DNA of 64,000 bases from Octopus vulgaris. Lineage: Eukaryota. The translations under genes were made by a program, and so were the position numbers. Shown here piece after piece: positions 1-13,345 of the stretch (within the stretch, counting starts at the first letter, position 1; the number at the start of each line of letters is the position of its first letter). The notes beneath the pieces were generated by a model. That model was not told the origin of the DNA, made no database searches, and saw nothing but the letters and a program-made list of their open reading frames with translations. The stretch is from contig OX597817.1 in NCBI GenBank assembly GCA_951406725.2, positions 111,290,001 through 111,354,000 on the forward strand. The letters run 5' to 3'.

Positions 1-97
1 TGCAATACTGTAGATAAAGTCAACCCATACTAACATGGGGAAACAAAACACAAACGAAGTGATTACATTTTATGATTTAATATTTTAAATACATTTA

Positions 98-312
98 AGA
101 CAGCAAGCTGGCAGAAACATTAGCATGCCAGGCAAAATGCTTAGCAGCATTTCATCAGTCTTTACGTTCTGAGTTCAAATTCTGCTGAGGTTGACTTTAC
201 TTTTCATCCTTTTGGGGTTCATAAAATAAGTACCAGTTGAGTACTTGGGTCAATGTAATTGACTTACTTCCTACCCCAAAATTGCTAGCCTTATGCCAAA
301 ATTTGAAACCAA
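98..312 (+). mobile_element. tRNA-derived SINE, Meta-domain-like family (family A)
   Basis: A-box-like agctggcagaa and B-box-like gagttcaaattc. Central ctttcatccttttggggt..ataaaataagtaccag motif recurs many times in the window. Confidence 0.85.
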
Positions 313-3300
313 TATTTTAAATATATTTGTGAATTGGTATATCTCAAATCACAAAGTATTTTATTTTTGTGTTTCTTAAACAAAATTATCTAAAAATATA
401 TTAAAGCAAAAAAATATTACAAATCATATCTTATTGGAGAAAATTTGGAAGAACTAGGATAGAATAGCACATATCTGTGAAGTTATTGAAATGCTTACAA
501 TTTGTCTGTAGGTTACATTTATATAACTTAAAATGGTAGTTGTTTTTGTTGTTATTTTTTTAAGTGTTAACATTTTGGAATCTGGATTTTCAGCTGCAGT
601 TATTATTGTGTTGGTGTAAGCACCATATCTCAAAATATAAAACTAATGTTCTTTGTATAAAATATCTGCTATTAATATTACCACTTTAACAAAACATACC
701 CATAAATCTGATTTTCTCTTTTTCTCTCTCCCCACATTTTTACATTTCATTTTTGTGCCATCTCTTTTTGAATAAATGCTTAAAGTGATTTAACCATTAT
801 ACAAACATCAATGTTTAGAACTCACATTGATTGAAAAGTTTCATGTTATCTGTAAATGATTTTATATTTATGAGGGAGGTTTGACTTCTGCATTGAACAA
901 ACACATTGTAGCTCCCTTGCTATTTCAATTTCCACTTGGAATATATTTAAACAATCAAACATATTGGACAGCAAAACAAGTGCAGCATGTCCTGTCTGCC
1001 ACACTTCACCCCAGTTAGTCAATTATAAACTCCAAATCAAACTGAAGTTTTGCATTGCCAGAGATCAATATCTATAGTTCACATCAAACATTTAATTTCA
1101 TTATATTTGTGCTATAATAGTTCATCTTGAACAAAACTGACCATGGATACTCAGCAAAGAGAATAACTTAGTCATAGATTACAAGACAATATTGTGGGCA
1201 CAAACCATATATTGAATACTATGATTTGATTTCATATTTATTCAAACCCATGCTTAGTTATTTTGTAGCAACTGTAGGTAAAGCTGAGACATGTATGAAG
1301 TTTCTGTACTCCAGAGCTGTAGAAGCTACTTTATGAGAATTAACTATATATATGCATTCCTGGTTTTGTGTATATTATAAATCCATATATAAATAAAGTT
1401 AAGAATCTGGCTAAATTATTTTATTAGAAAAATAAATTAGAAATATAATAGATAAGCTAATCCAATCTAAATCACAAGGATCGATAGCAGCGCTTCTCAA
1501 ACTGCCAAATACTAACACCATCCCCAAATGCGTGTGTGTGTGTGTGTGTATTAATTTATTAGTGCAATTTTTTGTCATCTTCTCCTCTATATTAATAAGA
1601 AAGCAGGGTTTGCATCCATATAATAATTCTTCCTTTTCTTGTTGGACAAGTTTAAAAAGTTTAAAACCCTGTCTCCCATTTCCTAAAGAGGAGCCTGAAT
1701 TTCTTTCTGAGAAATATTGATGCATATATTCCAGTTTGGTTTCTATAGCAGACAACACAGAGAGCTTCCCTTTGGTTTGGGAAGATACTGATTCATTGCA
1801 TGGACCCCCCCACCACCACCACCACCACACACAGAGAAGAAATTCTACAATCTGAGTAAAATAAATTTTCTCTATGTGCAGTGTTCTGCTTCTGGTTAGA
1901 ATGGTAAATTACATTGTACACTTGCAGATAAACAAGCCAATGGGAAAACATCTATGACGACGATGATGATGATGATGGTTGTTGTTGTTGTTATCTTTCT
2001 CTTCCTCCTTCAGTAGTATCCAAACCTCTCTGAAATCACACCTTGCTCTTTTTTAAAAAGAATGACACATTGTACAATGGAAGGACATTAAAGGATGCAC
2101 TATGTGTGAATGCTTTTGATTATAGGTTTGTTTCATCAGGGTTGACCTGGAACCAAACAACAACAACATGCAAGTAGGTGAGCCTAGCCATTGATATTTA
2201 AGTGTCACAATACAGCTCCAGTGACAGGATATCAGTAGGTAACTCCCTCCAACTTCTCTCTGCATCTGGTTTCTCCTTGATGCCCCTCTCAACTCGGCCA
2301 TCCACATCTCTTTCATCCAAAAACCAACTAACATGGCAAAAGTGACATAAACCAATAATGATGATAGTTATTTATTTTCATTTAGAAATAAAACAATTGG
2401 ATTTTCATGTGGGTAAGCAGGCAAGCAGCTCGACCACAATGGGAAAATACATGACAGTTTCCAGAGAAAGTGAGATGGGTGGATGGGGTCGAGAAAAAAA
2501 ATCCATCCACCTGTATCTCTTTCTCTCACCCCTTCTCTTCTCTTCTCTTTTTTAACTGTTTGTCTTTCCCTTTCTTTCTCCCACTCTCTTAAAAGAAGGC
2601 TAATACTCTTCACTCTCTTTTCTTGTACTCCTCTTTCTCTCATAAGCCTCTCTGCTCCTATTTCTCTGGTGGTAGGGGCTGGTTATGTGATTAGTCTGAA
2701 GAGACAAATTAGTTTTGATTTTGTCTGATCCACATTTTGTTGTTATTCATCAGAGAGAAAACAAGCTTGCCCTTCAAATCTTATCACATTATCTATAATT
2801 GCTGAATTTAGAATATCAGTTCCTGTTTTTCTATTTCAGTGCACTGGTTACAAGTAAAACAAGGAATTTGATAATTGTACTTTGGAAGTTGTGTTTATAG
2901 TGGGGTATGGATGGGGTTGAAATTAGGATTTTTGGAAGGGGTTGAAGTGTAACTTTTAGTTATAAGGTTGTCCTTTTGTGAGAGCTAATGAAAAAAAAGT
3001 AAAGGTTACAGCCTGGTTGTAGATTTTTATTCATGATAACCTCCATAGCCCCTTAAGCTACATGATATATGTCAGGGAGAGAAGGTCATAGTAAGGGTCA
3101 ATTTTTTCAGCTTGTTTGATGTGACTAAAAATCACTTCTAAATAAAGCAATTCGACTTGATTTTTGACATTATTTATATAACATGGATATATATATATAG
3201 TATACACAAAACAAGAAATTCATACTCTGTAGTTCTCATATACACATTTATCATACCAAATGAAGATGAATTTAAAAATATAAGGGGCAAGTTAAAAAGA

Positions 3301-3869
3301 GAACTAAACAGGATGTAACCTGTACTCTTAATTTGCATCTAAGAATTATCCGTTGGTTTCAGAGATGTGTTTTCATGTGCTGTCTGAATTTTTTTTGCCA
3401 ATATTCTTTACTCTTTGTATCTAGATGCCAATCTATGTTTTACATGTGCGCATGCATGTACACACGCACATGCACACACACACACAACACTTATAAATCT
3501 AATTGTTCATAGATTAAATAATTCAGTTATTATTCAAATAGAAAACAATAGCTAAGCTTTTGTTGCCATATTTACTGCACAGAGAGTTAAAAAACAAAAA
3601 CCAACTGGAAATGAATTTAGACCAAGAAAAAAAAAATTGCTTGGAGATTAATTTTATATTTAATCTCTAAGCAATTCTGTTTTCTTATCTCAGTAAATGA
3701 TTTTTTTTCTTTTTATATCTATTTGGTGATTCATTCCTCACTATTTCATAAAGTACAGTGAAATATATTTTTGCTAAAAAGTTCATAATAAAGCAAATAT
3801 AGCCTATATATAGTTGCTTCAGGATATATTTCCTTGGCAAAGCAGAGAATATTATTAGTTATTTAATCA

Positions 3870-4270
3870 TCAGAGCATGCAGTATTTTTAGTTCGGGCCC
3901 TTTATGTTCTGAGTTCAAATTTTGCTGAAGTCAGTTTTACTTTTTATCTTTCTGGGTCAATAAAATAAAAATAACCAGTCAAGTACTGGAGTAAGTTTAA
4001 TGTACTAATCCCTCCCTACAATGTTGTAGCTTTGTACTTATTAAAAAATTATTATGCTGGCAGTGTGTTGGCACCATCATCAGAGTGTTGGACAGAATGC
4101 CTCATAGTGTTTGTTCTACTTCCTTCCAGTTTGAGTTCAAACCCCATGAAGATCTCATTTTCTTTTATCCTTCTGGAGTAAATAAAACAAAGTCTCAGTC
4201 AAGTACTAGGGTTGATTTAATTGACTAACCTTTCCTCTGAAAATTGTTGGTCTTCTGCCAAGTTAGTAAC
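3870..4270 (+). mobile_element. Two degraded tandem family A SINEs
   Basis: gagttcaaa...ttttatc..ctgg...aataaaa...cagtcaagtact motif occurs twice. Confidence 0.65.
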
Positions 4271-4851
4271 AATATTTTTTTAGTAACTCATTTATCACTA
4301 ACTATTTCAGCAAGTGAAGTAAATACATCTTTTTACCTCAGAGATCATATCCTGAGTTTCTTTTTTTATGCTCCCTGGGAAATTATAAATTATATCAAAA
4401 TATTAATCCTAACTGAATTTGAACTCTAAACATAGATAAATGCATAAGTACTGTAATGTATCTAGTCCTTTTTCACCTTAGGAAATGAATGAAAAAATGT
4501 TTATAAATAATTAGATTTCTATATACCTCTTGGGAGTAAAATGGTTACCTAAATAGAGTTGATGGTTGATGGAAGTCTCTCGTTGCCCAAGAAAGATGAT
4601 TCTGTAATTTCTTGCTGAACAACCGTCACAAATGATTTGCTTATAGTGATCAAATGTATGTGCTGTACATTAGCTCACTTCTTCATCAAATCAAGTTGTA
4701 TCATATATACCAACTTCATTTCTCTGATCATAAAGAGAAAGTAAACTCATAAGTATTGTGTGTGTATAATGCATACTTATAACTTAAATGATATACATTT
4801 ATCAAGACACTGTTTTAAATCTGAATGTGTATGTATATGTATACATATATA

Positions 4852-5072
4852 TTTCTTTACTACCCACAAGGGGCTACACACAGAGGGGACAAATAAGGAC
4901 AGACAAACGGATTACGTCGACCCCAGTGCGTAACTGGTACTTAATTTATCGACCCCGAAAGGATGAAAGGCAAAGTCGACCTCGGTGGAATTTGAACTCA
5001 GAACGTAACGGGAGGCGAAATACAGCTACGCATTTCGCCCAGCGTGCTAACGTTTCTGCCAGCTCGCCACCT
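4852..5072 (-). mobile_element. Young family A SINE with alternative 3' tail
   Basis: CpG-rich reverse-complement copy (atcgaccccgaaaggatgaaaggcaaagtcgacctcgg). Its 3' part matches the copy at 24926-25153. Confidence 0.85.
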
Positions 5073-5112
5073 TATATGTATACATATATACATATACACA
5101 CAATACTATTAC

Positions 5113-5504
5113 TGCAGTGGAGGCGCAATGGCCCAGTGGTTAGGGCAGCGGACTCGTGGTCATAGGATCGCGGTTTCGATTCCCAGACCAGGCGTTGTGA
5201 GTGTTTATTGAGCGAAAACACCTAAAAAAGCTCCACGAGGCTCTGGCAGGGAATGGTGGTGATCCCTGCTGTACTCTTTCACCACAACTTTCTCTCTCTT
5301 ACTTCCTGTTTCTGTTGTACCTGTATTTCAAGGGGCCGGCCTTGTCACTCTCTGTGTCACGCTGAATATCCCCGAGAACTACGTTAAGGGTGCACGTGTC
5401 TGTTGAGTGCTCAGCCACTTACACGTTAATTTCACGAGCAGGCTGTTCCGTTGATTCGGATCAACTGGAACCCTCATCGTCGTAACCGACGGAGTGCTTC
5501 CATC
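5113..5504 (+). mobile_element. Full-length tRNA-derived SINE (family C) with 12-bp target-site duplication
   Basis: A box tggcccagtgg and B box ggtttcgattcc. Flanked by the identical direct repeat caatactattac (5101-5112 and 5505-5516). Confidence 0.85.
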
Positions 5505-5545
5505 CAATACTATTACCTCATGATAATATATATTAACAAGCCTAA

Positions 5546-5762
5546 AGGCAGTGAGCAGGCAGAATTGTTAGCATGCCAGGCAAAATGCTTAGCAGCATTT
5601 TATCTGTCCTTATGTTCTGTGTTCAAATTCTGCCAAGGTCGAATTTGCCTTTCAACTTTTTGGGGTCGATAAATTATGTACCAGTGAAACGTTGGGGTCA
5701 ATGTAATCAGCTAGTCTCTTCCCCAAAAATTTCAGGCCTTGTGCCCTTAGTAGAAAGGATAT
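5546..5762 (+). mobile_element. Family A SINE
   Basis: Same head and central motif. Tail caggccttgtgcccttagtagaaaggat. Confidence 0.85.
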
Positions 5763-7179
5763 ATTAGAAAACCTGACTGTGAGAGAAGTGCAATCACACT
5801 ATATGCTTTTGATGAACAGAAAAGTAGGAGAGGAATCTCCTTCTGGACTCTTTCACAAGTTGCTGACTACTCCTCATAGAAGGTGTACCAAGTTTCCTTC
5901 TTTGTTCAGTAGCATAGAATTTTTATCTATTATATTAAACAATCAGAAATTAGGCTATTACTATAATGGATAGCTTACTTTTCATATTTGTGCTCATAAC
6001 AGTTCATTATTAATTAATATATATTTTATGCATTGCATCTTCTGTCAAATAGAAAATGACAATTGGGTAAAGAAGTGCCAGGTATTCCGAGTGAGAAATC
6101 TGCAGAAGTGGAAAACCAGGTTGAAGGGGAAGGAGAGGTGGGGATGATCTCAGAATGCTGAATGTCACAAAAGAGATATCAAGGGACTGCATTAAAAAGC
6201 ATGGTACTATGTTGAGAAGACTCATCCAACCTTGCATGTTAAGGAAAACACGCATAAATTGATAATATTGGTGACATTGTTATATTTATATATAACACAT
6301 TTCTGATATGCTAAATGTTATGTTCAGATTCTCATTTATTATGTTAGAGAAAAAATGGAATTCCGCCCTTAGCAATTTAACTATTAAGATATTGATTCAG
6401 TTTGTCATTTCCTTCAATACATTATCCTAGAGATGTAAAATAAACACATCTTACTTTTGTTTCTAGAGAACTTATTTAGCAAGCAAGGTGTCATTAACAA
6501 ACCATACAAATGTTCAGAAGAGGTAAAAGTTTCAGTTGGAGCTACAGGAATCTCAACTGTCTTAGAGCCATTCATATTTGCATTATATATAAATGTTTTC
6601 ACCAATATACCAACAAGTAAATACCCAAGATTAAATAAATGGAATATATTCTTTTAATAGTAGATCTAAATATATTCTTTATTGATGAAGATTTCTTTTG
6701 ATTTTAAAAAATTTTTTTCTTCTACTTAAGGAATAAATACTGTTGTTATACTTGTCAAATACTTAAAGCACTCTCTCTCTCTCTCTCTCTCTCATTCACT
6801 TATTCTCCAGCCCCTTCCATATGTGTGTGTGTGTCATTCACACATGGGTGTCTGAGTGCTTAGTATTGATAGTAGAAACCAATATTTCCGTGTGTGAATG
6901 CTCATGCATTGTGTGTTTGTTGTGTTGTGCCCATGCACTGTGTATTTGTTGCCTATATAATTATTCGTAATCTAGACATAGTGATGAAGTTATGATGGTG
7001 CAGTTGAGTCATTCAGTCAAGAATAGTTTGCTGAAGTTAAATACTTAAACTATTTCTATGTTTCGTATATCCTCTGTTTTAAATAAATACATGGAGGCAT
7101 AATGTGTTAGTCAGGTAGAATTTACTAAAATTATTTGCGCTTTGACTATGCCATTCAATATTTGTAAACAGATATACAA

Positions 7180-7360
7180 GTGGTAGATTGGCAGAATATA
7201 CAGTGTAATACAAAATACCTTGTGTTGTTTTATCCAGCTTTTTACAATCTGAGTATAAATCCTGTTGTAGTCAACATTACCTTCCATTCTTTTGGGGTTG
7301 ATGTAATCAACTAACCCACTTGCCTCAAAAATTGTTGGTCTTGTGTCTAAATTAGAAAGA
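7180..7360 (+). mobile_element. Degraded family A SINE
   Basis: ttggcagaat...ccttccattctttttggggttgatgtaatcaact. Confidence 0.6.
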
Positions 7361-9399
7361 ATTATTTATAAAAAAAATACCTGTCTGGTCTTCTACCTTC
7401 TGGCTTATGATGCTATAACATCCAATCCAAATTGCATCTGAAAACTAATTTGTCTGATTTTGTTTTGTCATCAAGAAACATATTTGGTCTATCTTGTTTA
7501 GCTTCAGTTCCGTGCTGAGTAAACAAACCTGATTTGATATCAGGATTCTTTGGTCATTTCATATATGATGACCCCATTTTCCTTTTTTTTATTTTTATTA
7601 TTATTATTTAGACATAAATTGAACTACCTTACCCAATGTAGTTTTCATTTTTTAAATGATAAAGTATGAATTGAGGGATATTTGGCTTCTTATAACTAGC
7701 AGGTTAAAAGATTGCTTAGAATTGATTGGTGGTAGATTTTATTATGAAGAGTATGTGACCATATTTGTTGTCCAAAATAAGGATACATTCAATGTCACCT
7801 ATTTTTATAATGCTATCCATATTATATTATTTCCTTCCAGATAATTTATGTCATGTTTAAACGGCAATGTCTTAGTAATGTTTGAAGATTAGTATATCAA
7901 ATTTTCTGAAAATTATCTTGACCAGGCATTTATTTATTAAATCAATGTGGTTTGAGAATGTTTATTTTATTTATATTTAGAAGATATTTAATAACTAATT
8001 CCAACTATTTCATAATTTTAACAAATTCATTTTAAAAAAATTATCTAGGAAAGACCCTCTTCCTTTTTATTTCATTAAGGTCAGGGAATATTTTTTATTC
8101 AGTATTTTTTCTGTTCATTGTCTTTATATACCTTATAGTAACTAAGATTTTTCCCTCATAAAGCTCCTTATTATTTCTTATTTTGAAATATCTTATAAAG
8201 TCTCAAAAAATTTCCTATTTCATATTCAGCAGACTTGAGAGCATTTCTCTCCAGTCTTATAGTATCTGTTTCACACTGCTATATATTTTTATACAAGGAA
8301 GAATTTCCTTGTAACCAAGAAGGGACAAAGTTTCTTCGTCAGCTGGGATTTCTAGCTACAGTTATCTTAGTCTTCCATTCTGCTTAAGAAGCTATGCCAA
8401 GGAATTGAAGTGTGTATGTGTGTGTGTGCACACGTGTGCGTGTACATGCATGTGTATGCTTTTAATTTAAAAAGCTAGACCGTCTCATTCTGAGTTTGCC
8501 TGAGGCTTTAGTGTTTGCATTTAAGGTACAAGTGTCTTTTAAATACCCAGTCACCTATCTCTATTTTAATTCAATGAATAGGTAGTATTGATGTTCAAAC
8601 AATTAGAATTCACATAATTGGAACTGATGGAGGATCAACAATTGTATATGTGTATTTGCACAAACTACTATTCTGAGTTTCTATGAACTGACCAACTGAC
8701 AAACCACTTTCCAGCCTTTCTTAGACTTGTCTTATTATTTCTTTTCACCTTTACAGTTTGCTTATTCCTTTGATCTTTCCTGTAAATATATATAAATGTA
8801 ACATTCTGAAGATATTATAGATGACATTTTGTAATAATGAAATTATTGTGTATAGTGCTCAGGTGCTGGTTCTCAAAACTTCTATCTTGCGTGTGTGTGT
8901 GTTTCTTTTTTATATAATTTATATAGATTCAAAGTTTAAGTGACACGTGTTGACTTCCTTGAATAATTGAATTATCAATTCTTTTCTGCTTTATTTAACT
9001 TGTTTGTCTGAAATAATGGCTGGAAGGCATTCAAACAGTTTCTGTCTGTTACATATAGTAAATGTTTTGCTCCATTGACAAAAGACCATAGCGGTGTGTT
9101 TAATCAGTGTATAATTATATAATGTCTACACCTATCCACTTGAGCATTGTTTGCACTATAATATGATTATTTGTTGATAATATTGTCCGATAAGAAATAT
9201 GATTTTTAACTGTTATAAATACACACACCCATATATATATATGTTGGTTTGAATTTATAAACAACAGGGAAAGTACTCGATAGCAATATAGTGTAATTAC
9301 TTATTACTGTTTAAAGATTACTTTTTGGAGATTCGTGATTCTATATCGTTCGTACAATTAAGGTAGTCAGTGAAGAAACACAAAAATCAGTGTAGTAAC

Positions 9400-10190
9400 A
9401 GAGAGTACTGTGGACAAGTGTATCACCATGCATTTTGGGAGGACATCCACATACTCTCTCCACAACACTAATATCAAGAAGTCTTCTTGTGAACATGACC
9501 TGGGTATTACTGTCAGCAGCGATTTGCGCTGGACAAAGCACATCTCTAAAATTGTCAAGAAGGCCAAGGGTGTCTTGGCATCTCTCAGCAAGACCTGTGT
9601 CAGCTGCTCTCCAGCTATCTATTTAGGACTTTATATGGTTATGGTGCAGCCACACCTGGAATTTGCATCACCAGTCTGGGACCCCTATCTTGCTCGGGGC
9701 ATTGACCTCCTGGAAACTGTTCAGAGACATGCAACCAAGCGAATACCCTCCGTCAGGCATCTACCATACTCTGAATGCTTTACTTCCCTGGGCATGGATA
9801 CATTGAAGCTCCGACATCTGGCAACTGACTTGGTAAACACCCACAAAATTATTAACCATCGTGCCAACAACTACTTTTGAGCTCCATGTGTCTAACACAT
9901 GTGGGCATGCCTACAAAGTCAGAAAACAGCACAGCTCCCATGACTTTCAGAAGCATTTTTTCACACTTGGAGTTACTGAAGCATGGAACAAACTTCCTGC
10001 ATCAGTTGTTAGTTGCTGCAACAGTGCATCCTTTAAAACCTTCATGCTTCCTGATATCCCCACCTCCATATGCATGCACACATGTATATCATGACTCACA
10101 CACTGTTCACTTTCCTGACTTTTATACATAATACTATGTACTGTACATCTACCTTTTAGTGCACCTGAGCACTATACACAATAATTTTTT
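9400..10190 (+). mobile_element. 5'-truncated, decayed CR1/L2/Jockey-group LINE (RT C-terminus plus 3' UTR)
   Basis: Translation DLGITVSSDLRWTKHISKIVKKA...PHLEFASPVWDPY...LETVQRHATK...KHFFTLGVTEAWNKLP is typical of the region after the RT in this group. Frameshifted, with an (att)-like tail. Confidence 0.85.
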
Positions 10191-10479
10191 TATTATTTTT
10201 ATATTCAATAATACACATACAGATATTACCACTGTATGAATCATCTTTTACTGCATTCATCTTGTTTAAGCATTTTACATGTCTACTATAATGCCTGAAT
10301 CTCTTTCTCTGTTCCCTGTGCTCCCCATCCGCACACACATACATATATACAGACACATACATACGCACAAGCATTCTATATCATATCCATCCTCTATCAC
10401 TGGCTATTTACTGAAGCCTGTTATCCCTGCTTCATATTTGTACTGTCATCTGACAAAATGCCTCACAGTATTCTGTTTG

Positions 10480-10880
10480 AGGGGATGAACTGGCAGAATC
10501 ATTAGTATGCTGGGCAAAATGCTTAGTGGCATTTCATCCCTCTTTACATTCTGAGTTCAAATTCTGCCAAGGTCATCTTTGCCTTTCATCATTCTGGAGT
10601 CAGTAAAATAGGTACCATTTGAACTCGGGAGTTGATGTAATCAAGTTACTCCTGCTCCAAAATTGCTGGCCTTGTGCCAAAATTTGAAATCTATATTTAT
10701 ACTAGCTTCTTGCATATTGAGTTCAAATCTTACAAAGGTCAACTTTTTCTTTCATCTTTTTAGAATCAGTAGCTGAAGTACCAGTCAAAGGCAGTGAACT
10801 TGTGGAATCATTAGAACATCTGATTGAATGCCTTGTAGTATATGTCCCAGCTCTTTTTGTTTTGAGTTTTAATCCTGCTG
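10480..10880 (+). mobile_element. Family A SINE followed by degraded partial copies
   Basis: Near-complete copy at 10480-10690, then repeated gagttcaaatc / ctttcatc motifs. Confidence 0.75.
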
Positions 10881-11039
10881 TGGCTTAATTGGGTGATAAA
10901 CTTAAGCTTTCGCTAATTAAACACCACTATATGGTCTTTGGATGCCTTTATGCATGGGCACTGCACTTCCTCCTGACAATGCAATAAAAAAAAAAGCAAG
11001 ACTAAGAATAGAAATATTAAAGCTATATCATTATATCGA

Positions 11040-11720
11040 AAACTATTTCATCATATTAACATCATCCAGAAGACAAGTCTTTTCAATATGAGATCTAATC
11101 AGTTTGTATTTCCCGACCAGCCTGAACACTGAAATTCCAAAGGATGGTAACCTCAGCATTCTGGCCAACTTGTGGTGGCTTGTGTTCCCACCAATTGTTT
11201 TCTTGAGGAAGGTTGCATGTGCTGCATACTGACCAGTATGTGTAGTGAACTGTTCTGTCATGCCTTTGCACCAGTCCACTGCATCTAGAGATTATGTGGC
11301 TGATTGTCTCTGGGTGTTCTTTACATATGCAGCATGATGAGCTGCTTTCATATTTCAGGACATTACTCTGATAACTCCTAGTTGGAAATGACTGATCCTG
11401 AGCAGCAACGACATACCCCTCAGTTTCTGGTTTCAGACTAGAGTATGACTGCCACTGATTTGTAAGGGCTTCATCTACATCAGGGTCCCTGATTCTTGTT
11501 GGGTATTTGCCATGCAATGACCTTTGCTCCCATTTCTCCTTAATATATTGGGTGTTGGTTTGTTTTAGCTATGGTTTTATTTGTTTTGCCTTGTCTGTTG
11601 GTGGACACCTTCTCTTCAGGTACTGACTCACCTTGACACTTTTCTCTGAGGTATATTTGAGCCAGCTTTAGCATCCTGTTATTTGTTTGTTGCAAGTAGA
11701 CAGAAGGTCCCATGATTGCA
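11040..11720 (-). mobile_element. Decayed non-LTR retrotransposon of the RLE-endonuclease type (R4/Dong-like), C-terminal part
   Basis: HGKY...LKPETEGYVVAAQDQ...CCICKEHPETISHIISRC...RHD: CCHC zinc knuckle plus RHD motif. A homologous copy lies at 41700-42520. Confidence 0.75.
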
Positions 11721-11789
11721 ATTTTCAATTAGAGTTGAGATTGTATTAACCCCTGACCATTTTCTTTTTATTATTATTAGAAGTAGTAA

Positions 11790-12210
11790 AGGCAGAGAGC
11801 TGGCAGAAATGTTAGCATGCCAGGAAAAATGCTTAGCAATATTTCATCTGTCTTTATGTTCTGAGTTCAAATTCTGCCAAGGTCAACTTTACCTTTCATC
11901 CTTTTAGGGTCGATAAATTAAGTACCAATTATGTACTGGGGTTGATCTAATCGACTGGCTTCCTTTAAAAAAAAATATTTCGGGCCTTGTGCCAATAGTA
12001 GAAAGGATTATTATTTGTAGTAGTATCAGTTGTAGTGGCAGCAGTATTTCTTCCAGTTTTACATTCTGAATTCAAATGTCACCGAGGTCAGCTTTGTCAT
12101 TCATCTTTTGGGGTTGATAACATAAATAAAAGTTGAACAGAAGTCAGCTTAATCGATTTACTCTCATCTTAAGATTGCTGGCTTTATACCAACATTAGAA
12201 AGAGTATTAT
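11790..12210 (+). mobile_element. Two tandem family A SINEs
   Basis: Complete copy at 11790-12010 and a degraded copy at about 12045-12205, ending in (att)n(agt)n. Confidence 0.8.
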
Positions 12211-12216
12211 TACAAT

Positions 12217-12234
12217 TATTATTATTATTATTAT

Positions 12235-12281
<47 letters not shown>
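12217..12281. repeat. Compound (ATT)n(AGT)n microsatellite
   Basis: Read directly from sequence. Confidence 0.95.
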
Positions 12282-13129
12282 TACCATGTGATCAAATCTG
12301 TCATTTATTTCATCAATTAATCCTATTGTTGTAATTAATCTATAATTAACTACTAAAAGAGAAAAGAATAAGATTTATCCGCATATTATTTGTATTGTTA
12401 TTTTAGGACACAAATATATACTAAGCAGAAAATTATTTTGGTGCTATCTGTATTTCTTCTAAATAGACAATTAGGTTTAAGTCTTCATCCTAACTTTAAC
12501 GTACATATGTACCTGTTTGCATAGCTTCTTCCTTAACATCTCTCTTCATGCAATAACTGCTTTTCATGTACAACTTGTAGTTGTATAGTTTCCAATTTCT
12601 TTGCACTGTTACACTTTTTTTCCTAGTCTCTATCATCTTGCCTGCAGGAATTAAAATCACAGATCAATCAATAAAGTTTGATACCTCAAGAACTATTTCA
12701 AGTGATGTTAGAGGTGGAGGCTGCTTTGTCTGTAGGTTTATTGAACCCATTCAAATCCGAAGCTGTTGGCAATATCTAGAAAAGTCTTCAACAAAATCAA
12801 ATAAAAATTATTACATTCAATTCTCTTTTCCTTTATGTGCATAGACTTCTTTTTATTTTTTATTTTTTTCATCTGTAATCACTGACAGCACCACTCGTAG
12901 TTAGAAGTTAGATAAATGTCACTGCCATTAATGAGAGCTGCTAGCAGCTGTTGGCATTAAACTATTTTGTTTGTGTGTGTGTATGTGTGTGTGTGTATAC
13001 AATAACATTATTTTTTTAAAGTTGACTGCTTTTCCATTTCTCCAAGTTTCATACTAGATAGCAATCAGAAGAAGGCAATCAAACTGAAGTTGTCTCCAAA
13101 ATGTATTCAGTATATTTGACTTTATAATA

Positions 13130-13345
13130 TTGATTTCAAATTTTGCCATAAGGCCAGCAATTTAGGGGGAGGAGGGTAGTCAATTACATTCACCCCAGTA
13201 CTCAACTGGTACCTATTTTATCGACCCTAAAAGGGTGAAAAGTAAAGTCAACCCTCAGTGCAATTTGAATTCAGAATGTAAAGACTGACAAAATGCCGTT
13301 TAGCATTTTGCTCAGCATGCTACCTAATTCTACCGGATTGCTGTC
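13130..13345 (-). mobile_element. Family A SINE
   Basis: Reverse complement of the family A motif (ggtacctattttatcgaccctaaaagggtgaaaag). Confidence 0.8.

Noticed and set aside
1411-1830. 139-aa - strand ORF
   Set aside because: Starts in a (CCA)n tract and crosses a (GT)n repeat; no protein-like features or splice support.
2061-2470. Possible small exons (2061 or 2140 to 2173 with gtaggt; 2386-2412 with gtaagc; MGKYMTVSRE ending at gtgaga near 2470)
   Set aside because: Splice-like signals are present but mutually ambiguous, with no homology support; expected by chance in AT-rich DNA.
5119-5195. tRNA-like sequences (also at 59590-59665 and SINE heads generally)
   Set aside because: A/B boxes continue into SINE bodies; no convincing complete cloverleaf.
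12648-12844. Good acceptor (cttgcctgcag) followed by open frame GIKITDQSIKFDTSRT...
   Set aside because: No convincing donor and no recognisable domain.
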